A stretch of 60,377 nt of DNA, filler included, from Sphacelaria rigidula (lineage: Eukaryota): assembly GCA_964200075.2 (NCBI GenBank). It is 8 parts of 8 records of this genome, joined end to end, with 100 filler letters (N's around TTAATTAATTAA, not from the genome) between each part and the next. Parts side by side here need not be neighbours in the genome. Positions count along the whole stretch, not along the records: positions 22,681 to 30,140 come from CAXNAA020014826.1; positions 30,241 to 37,700 come from CAXNAA020014827.1; 6 more parts are not named here. One strand, 5' to 3'. Shown in pieces: positions 25,124-37,649 of the stretch. Made by a program: the position numbers and the translations under genes. Position 1 is the stretch's first letter; the number at the start of each line of letters is the position of its first letter. The notes beneath the pieces were generated by a model, which was not told where the DNA came from, did no database searches, and worked only from the letters and a program-made list of their open reading frames with translations.

Positions 25124-26548
25124 CGGGGGCACGTTCGCGAAAAATCACACGTCGTGGAGTCGTCACGAATGCCGCCAACACAAAAACACCAACAAAACCT
25201 CACCTGAGACGGTAAAAGATCGCCTCAAGACGGCTTAGAGACCACCCAACTACAGCCTGTACCTCGGCGCGTTGCTTCACTTCTCTGTACCGACAACATG
25301 GCACTTACTCACGGGGGTGCTACCGACGGTGCCATGAAGCGCCATCACAGTTCTGACACGGCTACCCACGAACGCCGGTATTTTTGTTCCATATACGGTT
25401 GGTCTCGGCAGATGGCGTTACCCGCCGACTTGGGATTTATCACCAATCAAAATGCCTCTCAGAAAAAGTTTGGCAAGGAGACATACTGCAGCGGCTGCAG
25501 TTGTCCCCCCCTCCCTTATCGACGCAGCAGTGTTCTCCCTGCTGCAGCTTGTTCAGACGCACATGCACACACATGAACACCGGCACGTGCGGCATGCACG
25601 ACTTTATTTTCGGCTCCATGCACGCCAAGTTTCTATATCTAGCAGGTTGCAACCTTGTACAGGAACATGACATGAAGGAGCGCCAGGTATCCCATCGCTG
25701 CGTACCATATCCTCTGCACGGAAATTAGAGTGGCATGTTCACGACAGTCGGGGGGCGTGTGGCGGTCACTTATCAAGTCCAATATTGTGTACATACGACA
25801 TGGTCACTGTCCACTGTTGCGCATGTGCAGAACATCAGTTGAGCTGTGCATCTCATTTTTCTTCCAATGAAAACAATTGCGGTCGCTGGCACAAAATATT
25901 TGCGTTGACGTCACGCTCGACACCTATCTCGTCCTGTTATAACGGAAGCACAAATGGAGAAGATACAGTAGGCACCGAGGGTGGGATACACAGGTGGAGA
26001 AACCTGTGCAGGAGATTTTTTCCGCAAAGATCTGCAGCCGTACGCGGACAATTATCTTGTCGTACGTGTGGTCAAAAAGATAATCGACAAGTATGATTTT
26101 TGTAACCGTCAAAAGCATGTGCTCACGGCCACGGGATCCACGTCATGCCCCAAAGCAATTCTCGCAGCATCGCCACTACCAACGGTGGTTGAGGGTCGGT
26201 CGTACGGATCTGTATTTTTCCACACCTTGGACAAAGGAGAGTTTCGGTAAACAAAAACAGGCCGAAAAAACTCAGAGATGGATATCGTTTGATTGAATTT
26301 TAGTAAGAAGACGCAAATTATCCCCGAGTTTTTGGCTCAAAAAATTGTTTTCCGAAACTCTCCATTGAAGGACAACAAATTACATTGACAAATAGTGTAC
26401 TGCGTGCAGTATCGAATATTGCGGCATCCAGGGCTGTCGAGCGCAAATACGAAAAAAGGGGTCAAACGGGCTAGCTCATGATCCGAATCACCATGCTAGT
26501 CTTTGTACGATAGACCCCCCTCCCGAACCAGCGCCCCAGACCTCCCAC

Positions 26549-26650
26549 GAAGAAATGGTCATACAGCGCCTGATGTTCGGTTCCAGGCTGCATGAAGCGC
26601 CTCATATGGGCGACATTGGCGAAAACGAACTGAAGCATGCGAATTCCCAG
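26549..26650 (-). CDS. Putative exon of an unidentified minus-strand gene
   Basis: Acceptor ACAACGAGCAG|, phase 0, LGIRMLQFVFANVAHMRRFMQPGTEHQALYDHFF. The donor position is uncertain. Confidence 0.5.
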
Positions 26651-27597
26651 CTGCTCGTTGTGCTCTCGGCTTTTTTCATTTCGATTCATGTGTAGATTTC
26701 TTCTCCCCAAACCAGCGACTTTTCGGGGGGGGGGGGGGGGGGGGGTAATTTTAAAAGGGGCCCTTTTTGAAAAAAATTATTGGGTAGCCATTAGCGTGCC
26801 GGAGTGGGAGAAGTTTTTATTGGNNNNNNNNNNTCTGGTGTTGTGGGGGGGTTGGTGGGGGGGGGGGCGGGGGGGGGGGGGGGGGGGGGGGGGGGGAGGG
26901 GGCTATCGTAGAAAGCGTCACTTATGAATAAAATATATTGGTAGCTCATGAGCTGTCCGACGTGTGACAGATTTTCATGGCTGGCCAAAACAACGGTATT
27001 CTCACCTTGAGCACAAACACTACACACGTGTAACGGGCTAATCCTTTCAGGTGTAGCATGCGTCACTATCTAACGTCGATTCGAGACAGACTACGGTAGG
27101 CTCAGCTTGCGCAAGGATCTCGAGGATGCAGCCTGTGAACACATACACACCACACTGACCGACAGTCAACACGGGACCCTGAAAAATGTAAACGAGATTT
27201 TTCCATAGGAAAGAACTGAGGTCGAAATCGTAAGTAATGTTGCAACTGTTAAACGTCGAACATACTTTTGAACCTTTAATACAACTTCAACCTCTGTCCG
27301 TTCCCCACAGAATCTTGTTCCCGTTTTCCAAGGCTATTTTTTTCTTCCCTCTCTCTGAAAAACTTGGATTTCCCCCCCTACTTCTCCAAAAACACAAGAT
27401 GCCGGAGAAAAAATAAAACGACGCTAGATTTCCGGAGTAAATGTATAGAAAGTCTCAAATTGATATATTGCTCAACCTGGTCAAGAAATCTGCTTTCTCA
27501 TTTTCCGGGGGGGGAGGCCTCGTCAATGATACCCCTCAGTTGATGCATGCGAATATGGCGCAAGTCTCGCTATGGTGTGACCGTGGACCCGACTAAC

Positions 27598-27732
27598 CTG
27601 GGGTTGTTGTTGATTCAGCCACGTCACGAATCCAGGGGCTCGCTCCGCCAGTGCCACCCACAGGGGATTGGAGGCGCAGGGGCTGAAGAAGGACAGGACC
27701 TTGGCGTTATAATCGCCGGGCTTGCCTTGTAT
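27598..27732 (-). CDS. Exon of an unidentified minus-strand gene
   Basis: Acceptor TGTGTTGTAG|, donor CAG|GTTAGT, 135 bp, phase 0/0: IQGKPGDYNAKVLSFFSPCASNPLWVALAERAPGFVTWLNQQQPQ. High GC3. Confidence 0.65.
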
Positions 27733-29506
27733 CTACAACACATGCACAGCCAGGAGCAATACAGGGAGGAGGGGGGGGATTCGTGTTTTTAATCCCTTGA
27801 TTCATGCGCGCGTTCATTTTTACGTGCAAGTTACTATTGAACGGCGCATGCCATAACTTGTTCACGTCCGCAATTTATGAACCATCGACTTCGCTGGCCT
27901 CAGGTGAGAAAGGGCACAATCCCGTTAATTTCAACCATCGAGAGGCAAAAATAGCTGCCAACATGCGCTATCCAGGGGTATCATAAGCGTGACATATTGA
28001 GGTACAGTTGTTTTGGTGTGTGAAGCCCTGCTACTGTTTCGCTGCCATAAGGATATGGGTGTGATCCGCCTTCACAAGACCGAAAACCATGTTGCTTCCC
28101 CGATAAAAATCTGCAGGCCGGAACAGTGTCATATCGACAACACAGCCGTCAGCCGACTATCTGTCGTTTTTCAGCTCCCGTGCTTCAAGGCTCCATGACG
28201 TAGAAATGAAAAATAATCCTGGGGGAGAAGAAAACATACCTGTATCACAAATCATGAATGTCAGCCCCCGCCCTGCCCACGCTACCGGCAAGTTGCTACT
28301 ATTTACGATGATTCCCCGTGACTTATGATCGACTGCAGTAACAAAAGTGAAACAAAAGCCCAGGCCACTCCTACTTCGAACATGTGCTACGGGGCACCGA
28401 GTTCACAAGTACGGGCCGTTAATTAATCCTTAGGGAACTAGGAATTGCTGCTTTTTGTTTTGGTAAATCGGCATCATTTTCAGTCATTTTCCAGTCAAAG
28501 TTGTGCCGATTCCCAAAGATCCACAAAACAAAAATTAGCACTTCGGTTCCTTAAGGGTTAAACCGAAATCAGCTATTTTACATTGTTTTCCATGATTCTC
28601 GAACGGATTCAATTAAGGATTTCTGTGTTGGTGGACACACTTGCGCTACTCCGACCCAACTACCGCAGAAAGGTCAACAAGATTGAGTTGTTTGTTGTTT
28701 TTTTCTTGTCTAGACCCGGTCTGCGCTTGATTTCCCTCCGCTTTAGCTGGCTACAGCCCAGGACAACGCTGTATATCGATGATATTTTCACAAGCACAAT
28801 GTCATCATGAAGCAAGCTTACGGTATACCTTCGAGAGGGGGCGGTGCCCTAGCACACGGGATCGCACACGCAAGAGAGATATATGTTGACGTTAATTAGC
28901 TGTCTGATGTCCCGTGCACAAAGTGCGCTCGGTCGTGTTCGCCATCGCATCTCTTAACAAATTCTGTCGTAGTGCAGACTGTATCTTTTACCGCAAGATG
29001 CGCCAACCCTGGCCAGGCGGTGGGCATCGCGTGAGTACTGTCTTTACGGCACACCGATCAACACGAGCCATCCAGAACACGTGCACGGCGGCCAACAACG
29101 GGGAGCAAGCAGCATTGATGCCGACTTAGTCCTTTTCTCGGGGTTGTGCCGTCCCGGCAGCATCAAACAACGCACAACGCCGACGACGATAGCACCGTCT
29201 TATCTCATGGCCCGTATCCAAACTTGTGCAGGATACAGGAGCAAGCTAAGCGCAAATGGAGACTGCAACGCCAACCTCGGCCACCGCAACCATACCGCAG
29301 GCACGACGACGCTCATAGCGAACGTCGGATACACCAACCCGTACACAGAAAGACAAATCACCCCTCGTGAGGCCGTTGTCGTCCTGGATGCCATCTCACC
29401 GCAGCACGGTCCTGTGCTGCGGCTGAGGGCTGCAGAAGGTCGGTAAACACAAGTGTGACGGGATTCCATACTAAAATCAAGTGTGCGTTATGTAATGCGT
29501 ACGTAC

Positions 29507-29818
29507 CGTATCGCCGTCAGTCTGGTATCCATCGCGCCCCGCTGCTCTCACCGCCACAGCACCCCCTTCAGCCCACGTCCCCCCCTCTTCCACATCGACG
29601 TCAGCCGGCTCGTCTGGGTTGGCAACACCCCCACGTCGCCTCTGCTGGACTACAGATATAGTGGTGCCCGTGCCGCTTGTTGGAGGAGCAGGTCTGACGG
29701 GAGACGGCGATGATGCTTCCAGGAGAGGTGTTCGAGACGACGGTGTGTCATCGGCGGTGGCTGCAGTTGATGACGGGAGTGCGCACGCGGAAGAGGAGGG
29801 GGGGGGGGCGCAAATCAA
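29507..29818 (-). CDS. Putative low-complexity exon, possibly the same minus-strand gene
   Basis: GC-rich open frame (SRTPLLEASSPSP...DVDVEEGG...RDGYQTDGDT) ending at the donor ACG|GTACGT. The 5' boundary is unresolved. Confidence 0.4.
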
Positions 29819-30441
29819 GATATTAAATAGAGACGGAGGAAGACATTGCCTGCCCTAATCTGCAGACAACAGACAAGGCATTGCCCAGGAACCGAGAACC
29901 ATCAATATATAGAGTATACCTTTGACATTTACTTAGTAGTAGCACTGAAGAGGAAGTACGCGAGATAGCTGCAGACGAGAAGGTTATGGCATGAGCAACT
30001 TCCAAGTATAATTGCGGTGTGCGTAAGTGCCGAACAATCTTTTGATCTCTGGGTGGCTGACGAACACAAATACATCAATGAAGGCGGGAGAGGTGGGGGG
30101 GGGGGGGGGGCGCGAACTCATTTTTTTTGATAGTTTGACCNNNNNNNNNNNNNNNNNNNNNNNNNNNNNNNNNNNNNNNNNNNNTTAATTAATTAANNNN
30201 NNNNNNNNNNNNNNNNNNNNNNNNNNNNNNNNNNNNNNNNATACCACGGTATGGGATACCCCGGTAAATACCGGGGGTACGCTCGGTTCGGTACCTTACC
30301 TACGGTGCCTGTGGAGGTTCCGACAATGGACTCTGAACGAGAATCCAGCTGGGCATTATGAAATGCAGGCACCATGTGGAAAATCGAAAAATCAGTACCG
30401 AAAAATGCAGACACCGTTAATTTTTCATGCCCATCTGCTGA

Positions 30442-31779
30442 GGCCGCTCCTTATAACAGGCAGAAATGAAAATCTAGAAAAGTGCCTTTTTGGAGCTTTT
30501 ACGCCGTTTTACGCTCCAAGAGAGAGGTAGGAGGAGTTTGACACCTTGGAATGACTTTCTCCACTAGTTGAGGCGGTTCCAGGCCATCTTCCCGTTTTCC
30601 GGTGGCCGCAGTTATCATTTTGGCCAAACAAGAATTTTTGCCGAAGGACGGCAAAAAACAGTCAAATCTGGAAAAAATCGCCACGTTTCTCTGGACTTGA
30701 CCAAGGGTCTGTCAAGCGAAATTTTTCGGACACGTAGGCCACCTCCCCCCCTCCCCCCTCCCCCCCCTCCCGGAGGGCATTTTTTGAAAAATTGTCATGA
30801 TTTTTTCGATTTTTTTTGTCGAGTTTCTCTCAAGGACTTGATCAATAAACCCTGTTTTGATCATGTCTCTTGATTTTGTTACAACAAATTGATCACTAAA
30901 CGCTGATGAAAACGGAAAAGTCTGGTGGGCTTTGTGGGGTTCGTGTATCTGCTTCTGCTCCTTGCCCGTTCTGTCCCGATGACCTCAGATGGCGGAGGGC
31001 AATTTTCCGACAAATAAAATTATCCTGTTTTTTTCAATATTTTCTGTTAACTTTGTTGCAAGAAATTAATCAATGAACATTGAAAAAATCCGAAGAGTTT
31101 GGTGGGCTTTGCGGGGTATATGTTTGCCTCTGCCCCTTTACATATTTTTTCATATATTTATAATATATAATATATAATATAATATAAGGATCATACGTTA
31201 TATATTGTATAGCATCTATATATTCATGAATATATGATTATATAATATAGTATATATTAAGGAAAAGAAGCATATGTGTAATATAGACCGATAATGTTGA
31301 CCTATATTACATGGTACATAATATATGATATGTAATATATTAAATTTAGTATATGATATGTAATATATTAAATATAATGTATGATACATAATGTATAAGA
31401 ATCTCTACTGTCCACGGCAGCTGACCACATCCGCCAACGCCTCGGCGAAAAAACAGGGGACACACGGCTGGGTGTCCCCCCCCCTCAAAAACTCGAATTT
31501 TCGATTTTGGGGCCTACGTGTCCCGAACTATATTTTTGACAGACCCTTGAATTGACTGCTTTTTATCATTCTTGGAGAAGAAATCTTGTTGGGCCAAAAT
31601 GAAAACTGCGGCCACCGGAAAACGGGGAGATGTCCTGGAACGGCCTCAACTAGTAGAGCAAGTCATTCATTCCAAGGTATTAAATTCCGCCTAGCTATTT
31701 TTTGGAGCGTAAAACGACGTAAAAGCTGTGAAAAGGCCCTCTTCCAGATTTTTATTCTTGCCTGTTATCAGGAGCGGCC
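30442..31779. mobile_element. Non-autonomous PIF/Harbinger-type element with ~200-bp TIRs and an AT-rich core
   Basis: GGCCGCTCCTTATAACAGGCA ... TGCCTGTTATCAGGAGCGGCC with a TGA/TGA 3-bp TSD. Arms at 30442-30637 and 31581-31779. Low-complexity TA tract at 31140-31400. Confidence 0.82.
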
Positions 31780-32003
31780 TGAGAGATCATTTTCGAAACC
31801 TCGGAGCCAGGCGAATCGGAAAAGTGGGCTAGACTCCTCACGGTGGAGTGATACAAAGTGTCAAAGACTTGCGATGGCGATATTCCCTGCTTGGGGGCCA
31901 AAAACTAAGTGAAGTGTCCCAAGACTGAAGGGTCCAAAAAACGATCATCAACCGTAAGAAACAGTCTCAGCCTAACAAACAAGCAAACGGAGACACTATC
32001 GCC

Positions 32004-32091
32004 GCGCCCTGGTGGTGTAACGGTCCGACGGTCACCGTCACAGTTTGGTTGAGAGAACGCGGGTTCGACTCCCGATGCGTTGAGTTTTTTT
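32004..32091 (+). repeat. tRNA-derived element (SINE head or tRNA pseudogene) with Pol III boxes
   Basis: A-box TGGTGTAACGG (32013-23), B-box GGTTCGACTCC (32062-72), T-arm CGGG/CCCG and T7 run (32085-91). The acceptor stem does not pair. Confidence 0.55.
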
Positions 32092-32760
32092 CATCAAAGT
32101 ATCTGACTCCCACCGTCGAAAGCGTGAGTACGGGAGTAAACTAAAAGTAGTGAACCGAGTTTGTTCAACGAGACTTGATGGGATGCGCGAGTGCTGGTGC
32201 TGACCCCATCCTCGAGACCAAAATGCAAGGGGTGTACCGGGAAAGAGACGAATTTGATCCCTTGAGATCACGGACTCGTCCCAAGGAATAGAAGGGGTTC
32301 AAAGTGCGACAAAAAAAACAATTGCAACATATATTTCTCATGTTTTTCTTGGGGTCTCTATATTCTTATTTTCATTTGGTAATATTTGAGTTAATGGCGT
32401 TTGTTAATGTAAATTGGCTAGAGTCTCTAAAAACATTTATGGAGGACTCCATGTCGTGTAAGGAATAGCATTCACGGTATTGGAAAGACGAGCCTTCGTC
32501 TGTGACCGCGGGTTCGAAAGATCAAACTAATATGCGGAAATGATAAGAGTAATCATATTCATGATGATAATATACACTATATATACTGTATATATTCCGC
32601 GCAGCGTGTAGGGGACGGCAGAGCCTGGAGCTGTGTTACCACCACGTGGTACGCTGGTGTCCAGATTTTTTTTACGTTGATGCAGTAGTGCTTGCTGCTG
32701 AATTACATGTACAGTTCAGTCCAGCACGATAGAGAACGAAAAACAGAGAATGAAAAAAAT

Positions 32761-35368
32761 CAGGGCACTTTGGCGTTGCAGGTCACACTCTCGTTGCACG
32801 TCACAAACGTCACGTCACACCGTCGTGACGTGACGTGACGTATTTTATTTTAGACGTCACAAATGTGACGTGATGTGACGTATTATTATTGAGACGACAC
32901 ATCAACGTATTTTGAAATATTTCTTGTGACGCATGACGAACTAATTGTACGTCACATGTTTGTGACGTCTAAATGAACGTCACAAACGTCACACACCTAA
33001 ATTGTACTACGATGAGTCTGAGATTCGTGGTCACATACATGTACATATATGCATATATGAGGTACGATATGATACATGGGTTCAAGAAGAGTGCCCATAC
33101 GTCATCATAATATGCACGCGATGGAAGCACAAGCCCAGCGCCACAGCATGTGCCGCCACACCACACCCGACCATAGAACACGTGAATATCTGCAAACGTA
33201 GAAGCTAAAATAGAAAATCCGAAAGTAGGAGTTTCGAATTTTCGAATTTCTCAGGGCACTTATCGTTACACGTCACACTATCGTTACACGTCACAAACGT
33301 CACGACACAACGGTGTGACTTGACGTCACGTGTCGTGACGTGACGCTTTTTTTTAGGACGTCACAAAAGTCACGTGGCGTAGGATAAAACGAGCTTGCGA
33401 CCTCGTTGACAAATTCGGTGGCCGTACTGCTGTTCTGCAGTTTTGTTCTTGATTTCTTTGATTTTGCTTTGTTTTGTTTTGTTTTCTTTTCTTCTGTTGG
33501 TATTGTTTGTTTTTTTGTGTGTTTTTGTGCCGTGCTTCTCTGTTCGAGCGGTTTCATGTAAGTTTCTGTCTCTCTCCTTGGCACGCTGTAGCCATCATGT
33601 GTTTCTGCCTTGATGACGTCCGCCCTGCGAACGCGGCTGGATTGGTACCGGATCATCAGTTCATGTGTTGTAGTATCACCAGAATATATCTACATACATG
33701 CCCTGCTGGGTAAGCAATTGATTACAGCAAGAGAGTCCGAAAAACTATATTTGCAGCTTAGAGTCAGAGTGGAAAGAAAAAAAGCCGGTAAAAGGTACAC
33801 GTTCCGCTATGAAAAAGTGTTTCAGAGCGAATTTTTTAGGGTGAGGGCTCGGTTTGGACCTCTCCACTCTGAAAATCGATGTGCTTGTTCAAACTTCATA
33901 TCGGAACGAAAAAGAACCACCCCTCATCCCTACCACCATGGTCACAGGCTGTCCAAAATCAATATTCCCCAACAAGCAAAGTGGGATATCCATCACAACA
34001 GTGACACTTGTCACAATGAACCATTCGCGAAGTAGCAACGCTTGGCATCGCAATCAGAGGAACTCCCTGACGCCGCCATGGTATGAGCATTCGCTTGATT
34101 GTGTTGCGTGAAGTTGATTTGCTCGGCGGGTACACGACGTTGCCCTTGGGTGCAGTTCTTCACTCTTGCCAGCCTCAGCTGGTAAAAGACGATGTGAATG
34201 ATTCGTAGTCTATAGCGCACAAGCAGTACTACACCTGGCTGAATTGCCATTCCGTTAGAGGTCATGGCGTCTTGCACCACCGTTATATGGGTGGCATGTT
34301 GGAAAATCGTTACATTGCAGCTTTGTCTGTTGTTTGAAAGTGCTGCGTACTGTACTACTAGAGTAGTACAACTGACTGTCTGTACGGTATCGCTGTAGTT
34401 CACCGTACCGCAATGTACTGTTGTAGGGTTCTGCACTGCACTCTCTGTACTCTACACTGCACAGCACTGCAGTGCTCTGTAGTTCACCGTAGTGCATGGA
34501 AAGTACTGCAAGTGCAGTGAAGCGTAGTGTACGGTACGTACGGTGCCGTAAGGTACGGTACAACACAGATGCGCTATTGTTACTGTGCAGTCAGTGTTAT
34601 ACTGACCTTTGCATTTTCGAACTGGACGCTGGTCGATCGCACATTTGGCGGCTTTGGCGGCACAACCTGCGGCCAACCATTACGACAAGAAAACTCCACC
34701 TCAAGCCACGTCACATCAGCTTCCGCTATGAACTTTTTAGCGTCCACTCTGAAGTTTCAAATCTCCTCCTCTGAACTCTGACTTCATGATGAGATTAGTT
34801 TCCCCCCCGAAACTCTCTAATACATAATTATATATATATATATATATGTTTTGATGTCCTACGAAATGCCAACCGACTACCAGGTATCACAAAACGTATG
34901 ATCTGTACATACTTGCGTTTGTATGTATACATCATGGGGCCTGCGCGCGTCTTACTATCTAACTATCTTGTCTATTTTTTGTTATTGCAACGTGAGAGTC
35001 AGGGACGCACGAACGATAAATAGATACACTCGGAACGCGCCTCATCATGCTCGAACAAGGCAGTCACCGTGAACGTCCCGTACCAAGTCACGTTACATGA
35101 AACGTTACAACGTCGTACGTTGCGTTCAATTTCCGTCAACACGGTCAAAGTGTAACGTTTTACACTACGTCACATGTCACATATAAACGTTTCAAAATAC
35201 GCCATCGTGACGTGACGTGAGGTATTATTTTTCAAGACGCCACCAGTGTGACGTGACATAACGTGAAGTGTTTGAAAATTGTGGCATGACGTGACGTGAC
35301 GTGACGTAATGTTTTTCAAGAAGTCACAAGTGTGACGTAATGTGTAACATGTAACGTTGAGTACGCTG
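32761..35368. mobile_element. hAT-like element(s) with CAGGG-type ends and (ACGTC/GTGAC)n subterminal arrays
   Basis: Left ends CAGGGCACTT at 32761 and 33252. The right end TGTAACGTTGAGTACGCTG (35350-68) is an imperfect inverse. Dense ACGTCAC/GTGACGT arrays at 32795-32995, 33265-33375 and 35165-35345. No 8-bp TSD found. Confidence 0.5.
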
Positions 35369-35831
35369 ATAAACACGGCTTCCTCAAACCTCCTTAACCT
35401 GCCCTACCGTGCTGGAGGTGGCGGGGTATAAGACCCTGCCCCCCCGCCCCCCCGCCCCCCTCTCTCTCTTACATGTACATTTATTTGAGTGCCCACTCAT
35501 AATCAGAAATTGAGAACAGTGTTGACTCGATTAGATCGCAACTCCTGCCCGGGATCTCGAGAGTGAGCTAGCTGCTTCTATCTGAACTCTTTCATCATGT
35601 GCAATGGAATACCCCCATCAATTGCATCGAAATCGTACTTTTCTCGTGGTCGTGTGAAGTAAAAATAAAAAGCGACTCTGTGCCTGATGACGCTCTTGTC
35701 AGTCTTGCTTTGCTCCGAAAACTGCGTTTGTGGGAACACAGTGAAATTGTCGTCGAGAACGTGTCGTGAGATTGTTTTCGTTGAGAGCGCTCGCGGGTAA
35801 GCTCTCGTGGGAATAGATCCCTTTCGTACAG

Positions 35832-35936
35832 GAGTTCCTCCGAGTCTTCCTGCCTCCAGAAAAAGAGTACTTGGAAATTGAGAGTTCAGCATTGGTGACC
35901 CTTCAGGGGCGGGGGTGTTATTCTGCGCTACATACG
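35832..35936 (+). CDS. Putative upstream exon of the thioesterase gene
   Basis: Acceptor TTTCGTACAG|, donor ACG|GTAGGT, 105 bp, phase 0: EFLRVFLPPEKEYLEIESSALVTLQGRGCYSALHT. Confidence 0.5.
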
Positions 35937-36425
35937 GTAGGTGTCAAAGCTGACCGTTATCAGCAGATCTGATTCGAAATGTTTCAAGTACATGTATACA
36001 CTAAATGAAATTCTCGACAGCAACTCCAGATGCGAAAGCCTGAAAATAAGCGGTATAGCGTCACACCGCGCTGCTCTCCACGAGTTATAATTAACCGCCG
36101 CATCTGATCCGGACGGTGGAACTAAGAAGCGATGAACAAATAAGCGATTAATGCGTCATGCATGTGTTCTACGAGCTATTGATGATACGCATTACGGGCA
36201 TTTGGGATTGCGACCCCTAACCCTCTGAAGATCCGAACAGTGGTTATTACTCTAGAATCAAGTAACCAACCAAACCAATCATGTTTTTTACCACCAATGC
36301 GTAAGCTCTACGGAAATACATATCCCGTGAAAGCGATGAATTGCCACAAGTGTTCGTCGACGTCCATTGACTCTTTCGGTTTTTATCGTCCTTGTTGTTG
36401 CTGCTGCTGCTGCGTGTTTCTGCAG

Positions 36426-36617
36426 GTTGGGTTTGCGAAATCGTTGAGTCTTCCGGATGCAGCCGAAGTAACATCGGTGTCCCCCAGAGGCACGGAAATG
36501 GTGTACCGCGTACCCGCGAACGTGTGTATCACCGGGGGGACGGTGTCGGAGGCGGGTACGTGCGGCGAGGGGCAACCCTTTCTACCTTGTGGAGTAACCA
36601 TCGCCCTTTTCGACGAG
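36426..36617 (+). CDS. Hotdog-fold acyl-CoA thioesterase (PaaI/ACOT13-like), exon
   Basis: Acceptor TTTCTGCAG|, donor GAG|GTGAAG, 192 bp, phase 0. Ends PFLPCGVTIALFDE (cf. LHGGxxATLVD). Confidence 0.8.
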
Positions 36618-36782
36618 GTGAAGGCAAAAAGTGAACGAAATGTCACAGTAGTCGTCTGCACTCTTTAGGCGAGTGGTGTGGAGTCGCCTGAGTCTCTGGG
36701 GAGGATTCTTGTACCCCCCCCCCCCTCCTTTTTTTCATCTATTATCGATTATTTTCCCGTTTTTTTGTTCACAAATGATAAA

Positions 36783-36816
<34 letters not shown>

Positions 36817-36948
36817 ACTATGTATGGAGTTTTGTCGATATCTCGATAACTTTACATGATTGACAGTTAACTTGGAGATTTTGTGTGTGTATGTGTGTGT
36901 GTGCGTGGGCGCGGGGGATTTTCTCATTTTTTTTTTTTTTTAATCCAG

Positions 36949-37049
36949 GTGAGCACTATGGCCATGGTCGTCGCCGACAAGACGCATCGTCCTGGCGTGA
37001 GCATTTGTCTCAGCTGTCAAACTTTCCACCCCGTCGGACCAGGAGAATT
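36949..37049 (+). CDS. Hotdog-fold acyl-CoA thioesterase, next exon
   Basis: Poly-T acceptor ATCCAG|, donor |GTGAGT. VSTMAMVVADKTHRPGVSICLSCQTFHPVGPGE matches the ACOT13-type pattern STxA...PGVSVxxxxxYxxPxxxGE. Confidence 0.85.
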
Positions 37050-37594
37050 GTGAGTCAAGTCATATCACACCGTCTTCGATGCAAAGACACAGATCGGGAC
37101 ACAGTGAATGAGAACCTTTTCCCCGCGGCGTTTGAAAATATCCCCAGTGTATACGACGGTGCGATGGGTACCACGAAGGACGAGAAATGCGTACGGTGGC
37201 GTTTTCACTGCGTTTGGCGCCGTGCATCCCTACACACGTACGCAAATCCCGATATGTACCATAGGGCGGTCTCTTTTCTGAAGATAATCTAGTTTCCCGT
37301 TATTGACATCGTCAAGACGCACGTATGGGAGCAGGAAAGAAGAAAATCGACGAGGGTCGGCGGGATGCGGGAGTACTGATTGTCATGATCCAGTCCCCCA
37401 TAACAAGGTATCAGGGAGGTACGGAACGGTGCGGTACGGAACGGTACCGGGTGAAATATAGGTTGATTGATCCCTTGACACTACGGGCTCCATTTTGGGA
37501 AAGGGGACAAAGTTGAAAGAGTGACGGAAACGGAAACCACGCATACGTACATACGTACGTATGCTAGAGGTTTTGTATTGAAAATAGGCAACCC

Positions 37595-37649
<55 letters not shown>

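Noticed and set aside
24828-25238. Poly-Gly/poly-Pro ORFs (also 26637-26927, 37383-37748, 54330-54714)
   Set aside because: They are translations of G/C homopolymer runs next to gaps, and the run lengths are unreliable.
32004-32082. Functional tRNA gene
   Set aside because: The acceptor and anticodon stems do not form.
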